From Chiloscyllium plagiosum (lineage: Eukaryota), in assembly GCF_004010195.1 (NCBI RefSeq), contig NC_057757.1, forward strand, positions 1,241,027 through 1,261,026: a stretch of 20,000 nt of DNA, given 5' to 3'. The notes under the pieces are model-generated. The model had not been told where the DNA came from, did no database searches, and was given only the letters and a program-made list of their open reading frames with translations. Positions 9,935 to 19,776 of the stretch are shown here, piece after piece (position 1 is the stretch's first letter; each line of letters begins with the position of its first letter). A program made the position numbers and the translations under genes.

Positions 9935-12630
9935 TTTGAAGTATGTCTACTTCATCACCATGAGCATCTGGAATAAGGTGGGGGAACTTGCAACATGGGT
10001 TGGTACCTGGGACTTCGATGTTGTGGCCATTTCGGAGACATGGATAGAGCAGGGACAGGAATAGTTGTTGCAGGTTCTGGAGTTTAGATGTTTCAGCAAG
10101 AACAGAGAAGATGGTAAGAGGGGGAGTTGTGGCATTGTTAGTCAAGGATAATATTACGGTGGCAGAAAGGATGTTTGAGGACTCATCTACTAAGGTAGTA
10201 TGGGCTGAGGTTAGAAATGGGAAAAGAGAGGTCACAGTGTTGGGAGTTTTCTATAGGCCTCCAAATAGTTCCAGAGATGTAGAGGAAAGGATAGCAAAGA
10301 TGATTCTGAATAGGAGTGAGAATAACAGGGTAGTTGTTATGGGGAACTTTAACTTTCTAAATATTGATTGGAAATACTATAGTTCGAGTACTTTAGATGG
10401 ATCAATTTTTGTCCAATGTGTATGACCAACAATGGACAAGCTCACATTAGATTTGGTACTGGGTAATGAACCCGGCCAGGTGTTAGATTTGGAGATAGGT
10501 GAGTACTTTGGTGATAGTGACCACAATTCGGTTATGTTTACTTTAGCAATGGGAAGGGATACATATATACTGCAGGGTAAGAGTTATTACTGGGGGGAGA
10601 CATGTATGATGCAATTAGGTAAGATTTAGGATGCATTGCATGGGGAAGGAAATTGCGGGGATGGGCACAATTGAAATGTGGAGCTTATTCAAGGAACAGC
10701 TACTGCATGTCCTTGATAGGTATGTATTGGTCAGGCAGGGAGGAAGTGATCGAGTGAGGGAGCTGTGGTTTACTAAAGAAGTTGAATCTCTTGTCAAGAG
10801 GAAGAAGAAGAAGGCCTATGTTAGGAGGAGATGTGATGGCTCAGTTAGGGCACTTGAGAATTACAAGTTCTTCAGGAAAGACCTAAAGAGCTAAGAAGAG
10901 CCGGGGTAGGTGGGTGGGGGATATGGGAAGTCATTGGCAGGTAGGATCAAGGAAAACCCTAAAGCTTTCTATAGGTATATCAGGAACAAAAGAATGACTA
11001 GAGAAAGATTAGGGCCCTAGGCCAATCAAGGACAGTAGTGGGAAGTTGTGTGTGGAGTCCGAGGAGATAGAGGTAAGCACAAAATGAATATTTTTCATCA
11101 GTATTCACACTGGAAAAAGACAACATTGTCGAGGAGAATCCTGAGATACAGGGATACCAGATTAGATGGGATTGAGGTTCACAAGAAGGCGGTGTTAGCA
11201 ATTCTGGAAAGTGTGTAAATAGATAAGTCCCCTGGGTCGGATGGGATTTATCCTCTGATTCTCTGGGAAGCCAGCGGGGAGATTGCAGAGCCTTTGGCTT
11301 TGATCTTTATGTCGTCATTGTCTACAGGTATAGTGCCAGAAGACTGGAGGATAGCAAATGTCCCCTTGTTCAAGAAGGGGAGTAGGGATAACCCTGGTAA
11401 TTATAGACCAGTGAGCCTTACTTCAGTTGTGGGTAAAGTGTTGGAAAAGGTTAGAAGAGATAGGATTTAAATCCTATCGAGAGAGGAATAAATTGATTAG
11501 GGATAGTCAACATGGTTTTGTGAAGGGTAGGTCTTGCCTCACAAACCTTATTGAGTTCTTTGAGATGATGACCAAACCGGTGGATGAGGGTAAAGTGGTT
11601 GACGTGATGTATATGGATTTCAGTAAAGCATTTGATAAGGTTCCCACGGTAGGCTATTGCATAAAATATGGAGGGATGGGATTGAAGGTGATTTAGTGGG
11701 TTGGATCATAAATTGGTTAGCTGAAAGAAGATAGCATGATGGTTGATGGGAAATATTCATCTTGAAGTTCAGTTACTAGTGGTGTACCACAAGGATCTGT
11801 TTTAGAACCACTGGTATTTGTCATTTTTATAAATGACCTAGATGAGGGAAGGATGGGTTTGCAAATTTGTGGATGACACTAAGGTCAGTGGAGTTGTGGA
11901 TAGTGCTGAAGGATGTTGCAGGTTACAGAGGGACATAGATAAGTTGCAGAGCTGGGCTGACAGGTGGCAAATGGAGTTTAATGTGGAAAAGTGTGAGGTG
12001 ATTTACTTTGGAAGGAGCAACAAGAATAAATAGTACTGGGCTAATGATAAGATTCTTAGCAGTGAGAGATCTGTGTCCATGTATATAGATCCCTGAAAGT
12101 TGCCACCCAGGTTGATAGGGTTATTAAGAAGGCATATGATGTATTAGCTTTTATTGGTGGAGGGATTGAGTTTTGGAGCCACGAGATCATGCTATAGTTG
12201 TACAAAACTCTAGTGTGGCCGCACTTGGAGTATTGCATACAATTTTGGTCACCGCCTTATAGAAACTTTGGAAAGGGTGCAGAGGAGATTTACCAGGATG
12301 TTGCTTGATATGGAGAGAAGGTCTTATGCGGAAAGGCTGAGGGACTTGAGGCTGTTTTTGTTAGAGAGAAGGTGGCTAAGAGGTGACTTAATTGAGAGAT
12401 GGAAGATGATCAGAGGGTTAGATAGAGTGGACGGCACAGATGGTGACGGCTAGCATGAGGGAACATAGCTTTAAATTGAGGGGTGATAGATATAGGACAG
12501 ATGTCAGAGGTAGTTTCTTTACTCAGGGTAATAGGGACGTGGAATGCACTGCCTGCAACAGTAGTAGACTCACTAACCTTTAAGGGCATTTAAATGGTTG
12601 TTGGATAAATATATGGATGAAAATGGAATA
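9935..12630 (+). pseudogene. CR1 ORF2 remnant: APE endonuclease plus reverse transcriptase
   Basis: [99 protein letters not shown]. Confidence 0.92.
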
Positions 12631-12721
12631 GTGTCATTTGATGGGTTCAGACTGGTTCCACAGGTCAGTGCAACACTGAGGCTGAAGGGCAGGTACTGTG
12701 CTGTAATGTTCTATGTTCTAA

Positions 12722-13030
12722 AGAACAAAGAAAATTTACAGCCCAGAAACAGGCCCTTTGGCACACCCCCTCCCCCACCCCAAGCCTGCGTTGATCCAAA
12801 TCCACTGTCTAAACCTGTCGCCCAATTCCTAAGCCTCTGTATCCCCCTGCTCCACCTCCTGCATCTGTCCAGATGCATCTTAAATGAATCTACCGTGCCT
12901 GCCTCTACTACCTCTGCTGGCAACGCGTTCCAGGCACCCTACCACCCTCTATGTAAAGTACTTGCCTTAAGCTTTTCACCTCTCGCCTTGAAAGCGTGAC
13001 TTCTCGTTATTGAATCCTTCACCCTGGGAA
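12722..13030 (-). mobile_element. CR1 3' fragment, tail-to-tail with the preceding element
   Basis: Minus-strand peptide PAEVVEAGTVDSFKMHLD, and tail ACAGCCCAGAAACAGGCCC. Confidence 0.85.
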
Positions 13031-13079
13031 CTGTTCTGTCCTGTTTTGGGTGTCTACTTACTAGCTGAAAACATTCTTT

Positions 13080-13954
13080 ATGTAATTTTGGAAATTTGCT
13101 TCCTCCCTCTTACACTAAAACTATCCAAGATGATACTCTGATAGGCAAACTCCTGGACTAGTACTGCTGTATCATTCTTACACTTGAAATTTGATATTTT
13201 GATCCCCTCCCTTACTGTTGGAGCCTACAGTTCCAATAGTGTTTGCCTCTTTTGTGTATTTTACTCCTATTTAAAGGCTTCATTTGACACACCTTGCAAG
13301 ATAGTATCCCTTTTCACTAACATAATGGATTCCTTGATCAATAGTGTGACATCCCTAACTTGCTCTTCTATTCCCCCTCCATTTTATCTTTAATCCAGGA
13401 ATATTGAATCTAGCCCATCTTTTAGCCAAGTCTTGGTCAACAATTCAATGTTCGTATCTTTGCCCTCAACCCGTTGGTTTTATTTCTCTGAACACAGAAC
13501 AGTACAGGCCCTTTGGCCCTCTAAGATCAGACTAACCTACATACCCTTTACCCTTCATTGTACTAACTTCCATGTGCTTATCCAAGAGTCACTTAAATGT
13601 CCCTCATGTATCTATCAATTCTATATCTGAGGCTCCTTGTATTGAAATATTCCATTGAGCCTTAAACTTGCTTCTTTAGCCCATGCTTCCTCTGCCTTCC
13701 AAACCCCCTCACTAGTGTTTTAACTTCCAATTCCAACTCAGCTTCTCTCCCCACTAAGCTACCTGTTGGGATCTCAATCCCAAGCCAATTTAGTTTTAAA
13801 TCTGCCCCAATAATATTAGCAATACTCCCCAAAAGGATGTTCCCATTCCTGTTCAGATGTAACTCACCTAAGGTGTGCAGGTCCTAACTCTCGCAGAAAT
13901 GGTTCCGAACCTCAGTAGTCAAAAGCCCTCCCTCCTGCAGCACCTTTTCAGTCT
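13080..13954 (-). mobile_element. Old degenerate CR1 (ORF1/APE region) with a nested CR1 tail near 13490-13620
   Basis: Reverse-complement similarity to 9680-9780 (CCCTCCCTCCTGCA, CCCATTCCTGTTCAGATG) and to the YRPPNS region near 13210-13240. Confidence 0.5.
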
Positions 13955-14548
13955 TGTTATAGGGCAGACTAAACACACCTTAAACTCATCAAAGAGATGG
14001 CCTAACATTTCTTAAAGCAATTGTAAGGTGCTGTGTTCCAGATGTAATTGGATTGGTCATACTACTCAGCTTTACTCAGAACATGCTTTTTCTTTACAGG
14101 TCAAGCACAAACAAAGGAAAAAGACTTGGAATAACTTTACACTGTTGGCAAACTTAACAAAATCATAAATCATTGAAGGACTCAACAGCAATTGCTTCAA
14201 AATGGTAACATCCCATAAACATACCCTTGGCAAAGGCAAATTCAGTAAAATTGTCTCATGCAATATTTTTCCAATCCAGGAGGAAAGAACATCAAAAGAA
14301 AGTTCTGGCAGAGAGATAGTGTTTTGCTATGGACAGCTTCAAAGCCCTAAAAGCTAAACTGAAACCCTGGATCTGTGGGAGCCTGACCCCACCCATTCAG
14401 GTTGCATCTATTATTCCAACTTTTAAATAAAAAAACTCCAAGGTGCCTCAAGCTGTTTACTTTATTGGCCAGGAACAGACTAAGCATCACCTCTGTCTCA
14501 AACTCTCCATTTTTCTTTTCAAATAAACAAAAAGACAAAACACACCTC

Positions 14549-14763
14549 TTAGATTAGATTACATTACAGTGTGGAAACAGGCCCTTCGGCCCAACAAGTC
14601 CACACCAACCTGCCGAAGCGCAACCCACCCATACCCCTACATTTATCCCTTACCTAACACTACGNNNNNNNNNNNNNNNNNNNNNNNNNNNNNNNNNNNN
14701 NNNNNNNNNNNNNNNNNNCGCTGTGAGGCAGCAGTGCTAACCACTGTGCCACTGTGCCGCCCA
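14549..14763 (-). mobile_element. HE1-like SINE spanning an assembly gap
   Basis: Both sides of the N-run match 16678-16993. Confidence 0.85.
14665..14718. other. Assembly gap (54 N)
   Basis: Run of N. Confidence 1.
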
Positions 14764-15169
14764 CAAAGTCATAGTGTCAGCACACCTTCCTTCTCTTCCA
14801 TCCTTCTGCACTCAACTAGTAATGTACAAAGATGGCTTCACTTTTAAAACACTTTAATCTCAGTATTAGCATACTACAAACATTTACATTACATTGACTG
14901 TAAACATGCAAACATTCATATGCTGCAGTCCATTTCAATCAGTTTCTTCCACCACGGAGTGTCTTCATCCTTCCAAGTTGTTGCAACGTGTCAGCATTTA
15001 TGTTCTCGTATTCTGCCATTTGCAAAGTCTTCAAATGAAATGCCTGTAACAATAAATTCTATCTGAACTCTGGTATTTTTATCTTTTTTTTTCCAAAAAA
15101 TGTTAAGGGGCTATGATCAGGATACGGAATTTGTTCAGGTATTACTGGTGACCTAACTGTTGAAAAGTT

Positions 15170-15315
15170 GCAAAGCCGGTGTTGGACTGGGATGGATAAA
15201 GTTTCAAAATTACACAACACCAGGTTAGAGTCCAATAGGTTTATTTGGAAGCATCAGTACAAGCTTTCAGAGTGCTGCTCCTTCGTCAGATAGCAAATTG
15301 GGCAGGATCATAGGA
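15170..15315 (-). mobile_element. Penelope-type terminal repeat of a second family with degenerate minimal hammerhead
   Basis: Minus strand reads CTGACGA-A-GGAG-CAGCA-CTCT-GAAA-GC-TT (15289-15261), followed by AATAAA. Confidence 0.6.
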
Positions 15316-15483
15316 CGCCTAGAGATCATCATGTCCGATTATTCGACTATATGTCAAATTGTAGGGAAAGAATATATCAGGTGAGTTGGCTGGACAGCAT
15401 TTGAAAGTAACACGTGATGAAACAGGAAGCAGACATGACAAAATATCTTTAGTTTCACTTGAGGAGATAAACTATTGCTATCA

Positions 15484-15566
15484 GTGAAACTGAGATTCAC
15501 CTGCATCTCCTCCAACCTAGTTTAAGGCATCCAGAACTCCCGATGTAGTCTTCTCTACATTGGTGT
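15484..15566 (+). pseudogene. Penelope-like GIY-YIG endonuclease remnant, N-part
   Basis: VKLRFTCISSNLV*GIQNSRCSLLYIG matches the PLE pattern FTC.S.N.VY.I.C..C...YIG. Confidence 0.8.
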
Positions 15567-16218
15567 TGTTACGGACTAGGCCAGTCCACTCAAAACATTC
15601 TTAAGCAGGCAGCCCCAGACTATAACTTTGCAATTTGTTTCAGTAAGTGTACAGTGAACATTACCTGGAATAGGTTAGCAAGGTTGACGACCAGGTTTTA
15701 AACAGACAAACATTTATTCACAAAATTACACAATGAAACACAAAGAACAGAATAATGAACCCTTACAGAACTCAGTCTATCCAAACTAGACTTAATTATG
15801 CTGTTCGCAATATATACACAGTCCCAATAAGCAAACTCCCTTTAAAACCCACTATAAATGGAACACATGCTTACAGGTTGAAGTTGAAGGGCAGAAAGAG
15901 AGAGAGAGAGAGAGAGTTTACGCACAGCTCCCTGTTGAACTTCTCACTAGTTCAGGACTGAACTAAACTGCTCAGTTAGAGAGCTGACCACTCCCCTTTC
16001 ATTGTACAGGTCACTTCTAAAATATGACCACTTTGTCTTGAAGTCTCATCTGTTTACATATAAACAAAAGACCTCTCAAAATCTTTTTCATCTCTGTACC
16101 AAACCGGACTGATTGGAGCCTGGCCGGGTTTGTTGCCCCTCTGAAAAAAATCAAAGACAGAGTCTCCGTGAGCCAAGGATCAGCTTTTAGAAAAAAAAAA
16201 CGGCCTAGCTTTGTGACA
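15567..16218 (-). mobile_element. Solo LTR (652 bp)
   Basis: TGTTAC...GTGACA termini, minus-strand AATAAA near 15715, degenerate 4-bp TSD GTGT/GTTA. Splits the YIG-ETK coding sequence. Confidence 0.8.
15897..15916. repeat. (AG)10 microsatellite inside the LTR
   Basis: Direct read. Confidence 0.95.
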
Positions 16219-16677
16219 GTTAGACCAAACAAAAACGAAGGCAACATTTGTCGAGCATCTCAGCCAGGCTTGTAAAGGCCTGACCTCCCAGTCACCACCC
16301 ATTTCACTTCCCCTTCCCACTCCCTGTCCAAAATATCCATCCTCAGCCTCCTCATTTGCCATAGTGAATCGGACTGCAAATTGGCGCAGCAATGCCTGGG
16401 CAGCCTACACCCCAGAGGACTCAACACTGAGTTCTCCCATTTCAAATAACCTTCCAACCCATTTCCTACCTTGCTTTTCAGCCACGTCAACTCCTCCCTT
16501 CCATTCCACCTACTGACTCTTCCTTCCAGCTACCAATGAGATTCATTCCTCCCGTCGACCAACCCAATCGTACCCATCTCTTTATTTGCAGGTCCACCTA
16601 ACCCCAGCTCTATTCCTGGAGAAGGGTTACACCCAAAATATTGAGTTCTCCAGCTCCTGATGCTGCCCGGCTTGTGT
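16219..16677 (+). mobile_element. Penelope-like element 3' part: GIY-YIG C-terminus, 3'UTR and decayed hammerhead
   Basis: TK..FVEHL..DLPVTTHFTSPSHS..CLGSLHPRGLNTEFSHFK* (stop 16447-16449). CTGGAGA-AGGGTTACACCC-AAAA starts at 16616. Confidence 0.82.
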
Positions 16678-16993
16678 TTAGATTAGATTCGATTACTTAC
16701 AGTGTGGAAACAGGCCCTTCGGCCCAACAAGTCCACACTGACCCACCGAAGCGCAACCCACCCAGACTCATTCCCCTACATTTACCCCTTCACCTAACAC
16801 TACGGGCAATTTAGCATGGCCAATTCACCTGACCTGCACATTTTTGGACTGTGGGAGGAAACCGGAGCACCCGGAGGAAACCCACGCAGACACGGGGAGA
16901 ACGTGCAAACTCCACACAGTCAGTTGCCTGAGGCGAGTATTGAAGCCGGGTCTCCGGAGCTATGAGGAAGCAGTGCTAACCACTGTGTCACCA
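16678..16993 (-). mobile_element. tRNA-derived SINE (HE1-like), near complete
   Basis: AGATT repeats, CR1-like tail, central domain and tRNA-like head on the minus strand. Confidence 0.9.
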
Positions 16994-17544
16994 TTCTCTG
17001 GGGAAGAGAAATCCCCCAGGCTCACCACCCTTTGAGAGGGCTTATCCTATTTTGCAACATCTGTCATAGTGTTTTTCCTAAACCATTAACACTGGGACTT
17101 CACATGTCCTATTTTATTATCGTGAAAACATTGGAGGGATTTTGTTTCTGTTACACCCTCATAGGTTTCTTTTCATAACCTGTGGTAAACTATCTTTACT
17201 GTCTTCAATGGAATCTTCGTTCCTTTTACTACCTGAGGATTTGTCTCTTTCATCAATTTCTACCCCTCACAGATTGAACTTGATGTTCAAAGTCAAACTT
17301 TGATTTATGAACTAATTTCTAATCATCTACCATCTCTGCTATTAATCTTGCAGTTTTAACTCTCTGCCGTTCAACATGAGTTCTCGCTACTTCAGGAAGT
17401 GAGTCTCTCTGAGAGCATCATATGTTTGATCTATTTTCCATGACCTTATCCATAATATCTTTGTTTGATCCTTTCAGACTCTGTATGTTTGACCAGGTTC
17501 CCTCCTTAATTCCTAAAATTTTGTCTATAAGTTCTGGCACTAGT

Positions 17545-18042
17545 TGTGAAACTTGAAAGGGTTCAGAAAAGATTTACAAGCATGTTGCCAGGGTTGGAGG
17601 ATTTGAGCTATAGAGAGAGGCTGAACAGGTTGGGGCTGTTTTCCCCGGAGCACTGGAGGCTGAGGGGTGACCTTATAGAGGTTTACAAAATTATGAGGTG
17701 CATGGATAGGATAAATAGGCAAAGCCTTTTCCCTGGGGTCGGGGAGTCCAGAACTAGGGGGCGTAGGTCTAGGGTGAGAGGGGCAAGATATAAGAGAGAC
17801 CTAAGGGGCAACTTTTTCATGTAGAGGGTGGTATGTGTATGGAATGAGCTGCCAGAGGAAGTGGTGGAGGCTGGTACAATTGCAACATTTAAGAGGCATT
17901 TGGATGGGTATATGAATAGGAAGGGTTTGGAGGGATATGGGCTGGGTGCTGGCAGGTGGGACTAGATTGGGTTGGGATATCTGGGTCAGCATGGATAGGT
18001 TGGACCAAAGGGTCTGTTTCCATGCTGTACATCTCTATGACT
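17545..18042 (+). mobile_element. CR1 3' fragment
   Basis: KLERVQKRFTSMLPGLEDLSYRERLNRLGLFS..RLRGDLIEVYKIM, and a tail ending CTCTATGAC. Confidence 0.92.
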
Positions 18043-18868
18043 TAAGATGGCTTTATCCACCTCATCATATTCCCCAGATTCATCCCCCAGGATGTGGTGA
18101 AAAGAGCCACCTTAAGTGCACATCAACCTGTGCTAACAAATTAAATTGGCCAGTGACCATGTTGGTATTGGTGATTCAAACAAAATTGGTCAGGAGGTCT
18201 CGTGAGGTAAGTGCCTCATTATCAGGTTCACCCACAGGATGAGGTAATCTCCAGGATGAATCTGATAGCGATGCAAATACTTCACTAGCTCAACCTATCA
18301 GTTTTCTTTGAATTAACAAAACCAACAGTCACTGGCCATTTCATTTGTTTAGCCACTTTCTCAAATGAAATGAAAAACGCTTCTATGTCCTTCTCATCAG
18401 ATGTTAGTAATGCTTGGACATACTTTAACAGATCCCCACCAGGTCTTTGGCTCCGATGGATTTGCTCTTCATCACTTTTCCCATCACCACTACTATCTTC
18501 TATCTTCTCCACCATTTGAAGTCAACTTTCAATGCAGACTTCTGAAGTTCAAGACTTCTTCCTTTCTCCCTGTGTCTTCTGCTAGAGCTTTCCTTCCTCT
18601 TGCTTTTTCCTCTGCTTTTAATCATCATTCAAACTGTTTCATTTCCTTTTCATATTTGTGCTGCTTTAGTTGCAACTATTCTGTTTGCATTCCTGGCGAT
18701 TGTAAATGCAGAGTAATGGCTGCAATGATCTCCCCCTTCCTCGCAGAAATCAGCAACTCCAACTCCAATTTATCTGCCAATTCCAAAAGCTTTGCCTTGT
18801 TGACATTCTTTAAAGCAGCTAAGTGAGTTCTTCGACCCCAGGAAACCTTTAATGACTGAACGATCCAT
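18040..18868 (-). pseudogene. Gypsy-type (possibly Gmr1-like) LTR retrotransposon gag remnant
   Basis: ATG at 18868, then KLLELADKLELE, a charged coiled-coil-like region, DEKDIEAFFISFEKVAKQMKWP, ASEVFASLS, and after an interruption SGEYDEVDKAILS. Confidence 0.75.
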
Positions 18869-18979
18869 TACGGAACACCCTGCTCAAACCAACTGAACAC
18901 CTGAAAATAACATTAACACTCACCACTCACTGTCTTTGAGTCCAATAATTTTAAACTCAAGCTGGAATTAAAGATTTTT

Positions 18980-18998
18980 ATCTTGACAAGAGCCTCCA
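18980..18998 (-). promoter_or_regulatory. Degenerate tRNA-Pro-like primer binding site
   Basis: Minus strand TGGAGGCTCTTGTCAAGAT resembles the Pro PBS TGGGGGCTCGTCCGGGAT. It lies 3 nt from the putative LTR end and upstream of gag. Confidence 0.55.
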
Positions 18999-19001
18999 AT
19001 T

Positions 19002-19078
19002 AGTTATCTACCAGATCAAGACCCCTTAAATATATCAAGGAGATAGTCTAGACCCTAACTTCCATCTTATTTAAAGGT
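19002..19078 (-). mobile_element. Truncated 5' LTR (U5 end) of the gag-bearing element
   Basis: Adjacent to the PBS. Resembles the starts of the LTRs at 13955 and 15567. Confidence 0.55.
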
Positions 19079-19557
19079 ACATATATTGGTCAGAGTATTG
19101 AGTACAGGAGCTGGGAGGTCATGTTGAGACTGTACAGGACATTGGTTAGGCCACTTTTGGAATATTGTGTGCAATTCTGGTCTCCTTCCTATCAGAAGGG
19201 TGTTGTGAAACTTGACAGGGTTCGGAAAAGATTTACAAAGAAGTTGCTGGGGTTGGAGGATTAGCTATAGGGAGAGGTTGAATAGGGTGGGGCTGTTTTC
19301 CCTGGAGCTTCGGAGGCTGAGGGGTCCCTGTCAAGGTTTATAGAATCATGAGGGGCAATGATAGGATAAATAAACAAAGTCTCTTCCCTGGGGTGGGGGA
19401 GTCCAGAACTAGAGGGCAGAGATTTAGGGTGAGGGGGGAAAGATATAAAAGAGACCTATGGGGCAACTTTTTCATGCAGTGGGTGGTACGTGTATGGAAT
19501 GAGCTGCCAGGGGGACGGTTCAATTATAACATTTATCTGGATGGGTATATGAATAGA

Positions 19558-19776
19558 GGAGAAAGTGAGGACTGCAGATGCTGGAGATCGGAGCTGAAAA
19601 TGTGTTGCTGGAAAAGCGCAGCAGGTCAGGCAGCATCCAAGGGACAGGAGAATTGACGTTTCGGGCATAAGCCCTTCTTCAGGTTCCTGAAGAAGGGCTT
19701 ATGCCCGAAACATCGATTCTCCTGTTCCTTGGATGCTGCCTGACCTGCTGCGCTTTTCCAGCAACACATTTTCAGC
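19558..19776 (-). mobile_element. Palindromic element copy 4, most complete centre
   Basis: Opposite orientation (tail on the left). TSD TGGGTATATGAATAG at 19542-19556 and 19777-19791. Confidence 0.9.
19650..19719. ncRNA. Two divergent minimal type I hammerhead ribozyme motifs
   Basis: Both strands read CTGAAGA-A-GGGC-TTAT-GCCC-GAAA-C-(A/G)TC. Stem I is imperfect in this copy. Confidence 0.65.

Larger units (their letters stand above)
8655..12720 (+). mobile_element. Near full-length degenerate CR1 LINE (5'UTR, ORF1, ORF2, tail)
   Basis: Colinear ORF1 and ORF2 motifs with many frameshifts and stops. Ends in ATGTTCT repeats. The 5' boundary is approximate. Confidence 0.92.
13955..14784 (-). 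mobile_element. Probable solo LTR, interrupted by a SINE
   Basis: Begins TGTTA and ends CA. Its first ~70 nt resemble 19002-19078, which abuts a PBS. No clear TSD found. Confidence 0.55.

Noticed and set aside
9139..10235. Long minus-strand ORFs (128 aa, 110 aa)
   Set aside because: Antisense shadows of CR1 ORF1/ORF2.
12598..12999. 133-aa ORF
   Set aside because: Chimeric read-through of two CR1 tails.
14875..14920. Minus-strand hairpin starting ATGAA as a SECIS
   Set aside because: It lacks the 3' GA of the quartet and the apical AA spacing, overlaps the stop codon, and is low-complexity G-U pairing.
18401..18826. 141-aa plus-strand ORF
   Set aside because: Antisense to the purine-rich gag remnant.
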